A DNA stretch of 64,000 bases from Octopus vulgaris (Eukaryota): assembly GCA_951406725.2 (NCBI GenBank), contig OX597834.1, positions 42,842,001-42,906,000 on the forward strand, written 5' to 3'. Of the stretch, positions 59,797-64,000 are shown piece by piece. The notes beneath the pieces were generated by a model. That model saw only the letters and a program-made list of their open reading frames with translations. It was not told where the DNA came from and ran no database searches. Every line of letters starts with the position of its first letter. The first letter of the stretch is position 1. Both the position numbers and the translations under genes were made by a program.

Positions 59797-59845
<49 letters not shown>

Positions 59846-59988
59846 TTATGTGTGTACATACACATCCATATGTTTTTATTTCTCTCTCTCTCTCTTTCTC
59901 TCTCTCTCTATTTATATATGTATATATATATACATACATATATACATACACACACACACACACAAACACACATATATATATATGTATG

Positions 59989-60019
<31 letters not shown>

Positions 60020-60614
60020 ATATGTATGTATGTATGTATGCATGTATGTATGAGTATACCTGTGCTTTTGTCTCTGCGTATGATTACAAGCAATAATTCT
60101 AAACCTATACACATCTGCAAACCCATATAGGCACGTATATGTAGTTATTTGTATTTGTCTCCGTATCGGTGTGTGACTGTGTGTGTGTCTCTATATATCA
60201 ACGTGCCTTTAGTGTGTGTTCATGTTCGTACACGTATGTGTGAATGATTCATATGTAATTAAGGAAGCATATGAGCATCTCGTTCGAACACACGCTCGCT
60301 TTTCTTTTATATCCTTTTATTTCTCTTCTATCTGAGACTGTGTAGATTAATACATGTTTGTGTAACTATGGAAAGCAAACGTTTTTAATTAAGTATTAAA
60401 TGAAGAATTAAAATTCAGAGAGTAAATGAAAAGTCTAATTGAAAGAGACTGGGAATCCAGCTATAATATCAGTGGAATCTGCATTAGTAAATATTAATTG
60501 GCTATTTGTAATACAACGAAACAAGGTTATTGCGGTCCATTGTTGTAAGCAGCCAGTAATTAACAACTTGCTCAAAGCATATGACACAATGCCACCAATG
60601 CCGCAGTAATGGTC

Positions 60615-60902
60615 GCCAGTGGAACCAGCCAGCCAGTGGGCCAGCCAGCCAGTGGAACCAGCCAGCCAGTGGGCCAGCCAGCCAGTGAGCCGGTAAGCCA
60701 GCCAGCCAGGGGAACCAGCCAGCCAGTGGAACCAGCCAGCCAGTGGGCCAGGCAGCCAGTGGAACCAGCCAGCCAGTGGGCCAGGCAGCCAGTGGAACCA
60801 GCCAGCCAGCCAGTGGAACCAGCCAGCCAGTGGGCCAACCAGCCAGTGGAACCAGCCAGCCAGTGGAACCAGCCAACCTGTGAGCCGGTGAGCCAGCCAG
60901 TC
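60615..60902. repeat. GC-rich minisatellite built from (CCAG)n plus TGGAA/TGGG
   Basis: Repeated ccagtggaaccagccagccagtgggccag variants. Confidence 0.93.
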
Positions 60903-61100
60903 TGTGAGGCAAGCTAGTCAGCGAGTAATCCTAGAGACAGAGAGATAAAGAGAAAGAAATGGAAAGAGGGAGAGAGAGAGAGAGGGAAGGATTGGGGAAC
61001 AGAAATAAAAGGTATTGCGTGCGAGGGGTAGAGAAATGAGAGTAAGGGAGAGGGATATCTAATTTGGGCTATGTAAATCGTTACGGTAATGAAAACGTGT

Positions 61101-61111
61101 AATGATGATGT

Positions 61112-61183
<72 letters not shown>

Positions 61184-61314
61184 CGATGGCGACGATGACG
61201 ACGACGACGAAGATGATGATGACGACGACAATGTTCATCATGATGTTGATGATGACGATGACAATAATAATAATAATGATGATAATGATGATGATTATGA
61301 TGATGATGATGATA

Positions 61315-61379
<65 letters not shown>

Positions 61380-61395
61380 TATGATGATGATGATT
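61101..61395. repeat. (GAT)n microsatellite, degenerate
   Basis: GAT/GAC/AAT triplets; source of the poly-D/M/S/I ORFs. Confidence 0.95.
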
Positions 61396-62095
61396 TTCGA
61401 TAATTGCAGTGATAATTATATTTTTCTATTTCTTTATTAGACACAAGGGCGACACAAGACGATGAAGGTCGTTACAAATTACGAATAGAATAAGGCTTTA
61501 CATCGAATCGATTTCTAAAAATATTCAACTGCCACAGAATACAATACGATACAAAAGAAGTAAAAGACAGCGTCCTCATGAAAGGACAATTTCCTTGTGA
61601 AGCTAAGGAAACCTCACAAATTAAGGTTTACTATAAGCAAGTACCTTGTGACAGCTGTGTTATCTACCCCACGGGTCAGAGCATAGATGTATTTGTCCAA
61701 TTTGGTTGTTGTTATTTTTAGACACTTTATTACTTTAGTTGATGTGTATCTGCTATGTCATATTCGCAGTCATATTTGCTTGCGTAGATCGAATAGCTTA
61801 AACTGTTTGGGATTTTCCACCTATTGCTCTGCTATACAAACGAAAATTCACAAACATTAAGGTAGCGATAGCATATTCAAAGTGAGGAGCGTTAAAATTC
61901 TATCTAGAATTAATTATGTAAGTGAGAGAAATGGGTTGACAGACAGACAGCTACGGAAGCCTATGTTAATATACTTCTTTTTAAGAATCACTAAAGAGCA
62001 ACATAGAAATATCTATGACTTAAGAATAATGAATAGATAAATAGACAGAGATTGACAGATAAAGAGATGAACAAATAGACAGACAGACAGACAGG

Positions 62096-62182
<87 letters not shown>

Positions 62183-62397
62183 ACAGATGTGCAAATAGAT
62201 AGATAGAAAAAATAGATAGACAGACAGACAGACAGACAGATAGATAGATAGATAGGCAGATAGATAGATAGATAGAGAGTCAGACAAAATGACAGATAGC
62301 TAGCTAGCTAGCTAGCTAGATAGATAGATCGATAGACAGACAGACAAATTGACAGATTGAGAGATAGATGTATAGATAGATAGATAGAAAGATAGAT

Positions 62398-62431
<34 letters not shown>

Positions 62432-62702
62432 TTTTATAGACACAGGGTGCACAAGATAGAACAAATAGGTTTCTTTAGGTTTAAAAAAAAAAAAAAAAAA
62501 GGAAGGGTATAAAGGGACGTAAAGGAGAAAGAGGACAAAAAGGGGGTTAAAAAAAAGGGGAGAGGAAAAAAAATTGATCAATAGGGATCGTTATCACAGA
62601 AATGTCAATATGAAGTGTAAGATAGATAGATAGATAGATAGATAGGTAGGTAGGTAGATAGATAGATAGATAGATAGATAGTTAGACAGACAGATAGTTA
62701 GT

Positions 62703-62780
<78 letters not shown>

Positions 62781-63363
62781 TACGACAAGAAAAGAGATAG
62801 TTTAGTGTTAACATAATACAGGCAGTATTAAGTGTTAACTAAGAATAATTACGTAATGAAACCGATAGCTAGCTAAATGAGTAGGTAGGTATTTAAATTA
62901 GTGTTAACAGTTGATTAATCGCTAATAATCTATTCTTGTTTTCCATGTTTAACTTTTTTTCTAAAAGCTTTTTAATCCTCCCCGAATTAAATAAATTAAC
63001 GCCGACGTAGCAAGTATATTCTTTAAGCGAAATTTGTCAACCATTTGTAAGATAGTGTGTAAGGCTTTTCTGCGTAACCCATATTTTCACGTGTGCGTCG
63101 TGAGAATGATTTCCATTGCCAGTGGAACGACATTTAAACTCATAAGTAAAAAAAAAAAAAAAAAAAACTTCTTTTGTGCGTAAAGGCTCTGGTTATAAAT
63201 ATTCATGAGTTTGACAGTTTGACACTAAATAACTTCGTCTTAATTTTAATTAGCTTGCTATGCCATACACTTCTAAACAGCAAGACGAACATTAACGTGA
63301 AAAGAAACGCTGTTAATTACAGGTTTTGAAACAGTCCGTTGCTGGTTCACGTTCAGCCGATAT

Positions 63364-63741
63364 TCTTGTATTTGTTTCAGTCATTTGACTGCGGCCATGC
63401 TGGAGCACCGCCTTTAGTCGAACAAATCGACCCCAGGACTTATTCTTTAGAAGCCTAGTACTTATTCTAAGTGACGCGGACGTAAACACACCAGCATCAG
63501 TTGTCAGGCGATGTTGGGGGGACAAACACAGACACACAAACACACACACACAAACACACACACATATATATATATATATACAACGGGCTTCTTTCAGTTT
63601 CCGTTTACCAAATCCACTCACAAGGCTTTGGTCGGCCCCAGGCAATAGTAGAAGACACTTGCCCAAGGTTTCACGCAGTGGGACCGACCCCGAACCACAT
63701 AGTTCGTAAGCAAGCTACTCACCACATAGCCACTCCTGCGA
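63364..63741 (-). mobile_element. SINE family A, near full length
   Basis: tttgtttcagtcatttgactgcggccatgctggagcaccgcc...gaagacacttgcccaagg...ccacatagccactcctgcg. Confidence 0.9.
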
Positions 63742-64000
63742 TATACAAATTTATATTATTAATCTTAGATTCAGATGCGAAATTTAAACCCTATATACAT
63801 TATTTATTATTATTTCCTGAAATTAGAAATTAGATACTAGGCGGTTTTCTTTCGTGAAGATGAAGTAGAGGTAGGTATTCAGTTTTCAAACTTATGCGCC
63901 ATTTTCGGCTTTTGTATCGTAGGAATCAATAAGACCATTGACGTCATAGTAATTCTGAAATGTCTAACATGGCGATTGACAAGTTACGTCGTTGATCCTA

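Noticed and set aside
60502-60917. Repetitive ORFs (LAGWPTGWLVP / QPASQPVE)
   Set aside because: Products of the CCAG minisatellite.

Overview
Very AT-rich eukaryotic DNA dominated by microsatellites ((TA)n, (CA)n, (GA)n, (TATC)n, (TATG)n, (TTA)n, (GAT)n). The repeat content most resembles an octopus/cephalopod intron or intergenic region; this is inferred from the SINE families and microsatellite density. No host protein-coding gene can be supported, and almost all supplied ORFs are translations of simple repeats. Recognisable content: many tRNA-derived SINE copies from several families, three decayed Tc1/mariner transposase fragments, a decayed Penelope-like retroelement (RT plus GIY-YIG endonuclease, 53.4-54.7 kb) abutting a decayed RTE-clade LINE, R4/Dong-like LINE 3' ends in (TAA)n tracts, foldback/MITE-like inverted repeats and minisatellites. 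The most notable signal is a set of type I hammerhead-ribozyme motifs (stem I-CUGANGA-stem II-GAAA-palindromic stem III-UH). Three have an intact core (14643, 34409, 43332) and several are decayed. Two of the intact ones sit between long inverted repeats. All identifications are by eye and from memory of family motifs; no database search was run, and element boundaries are approximate.
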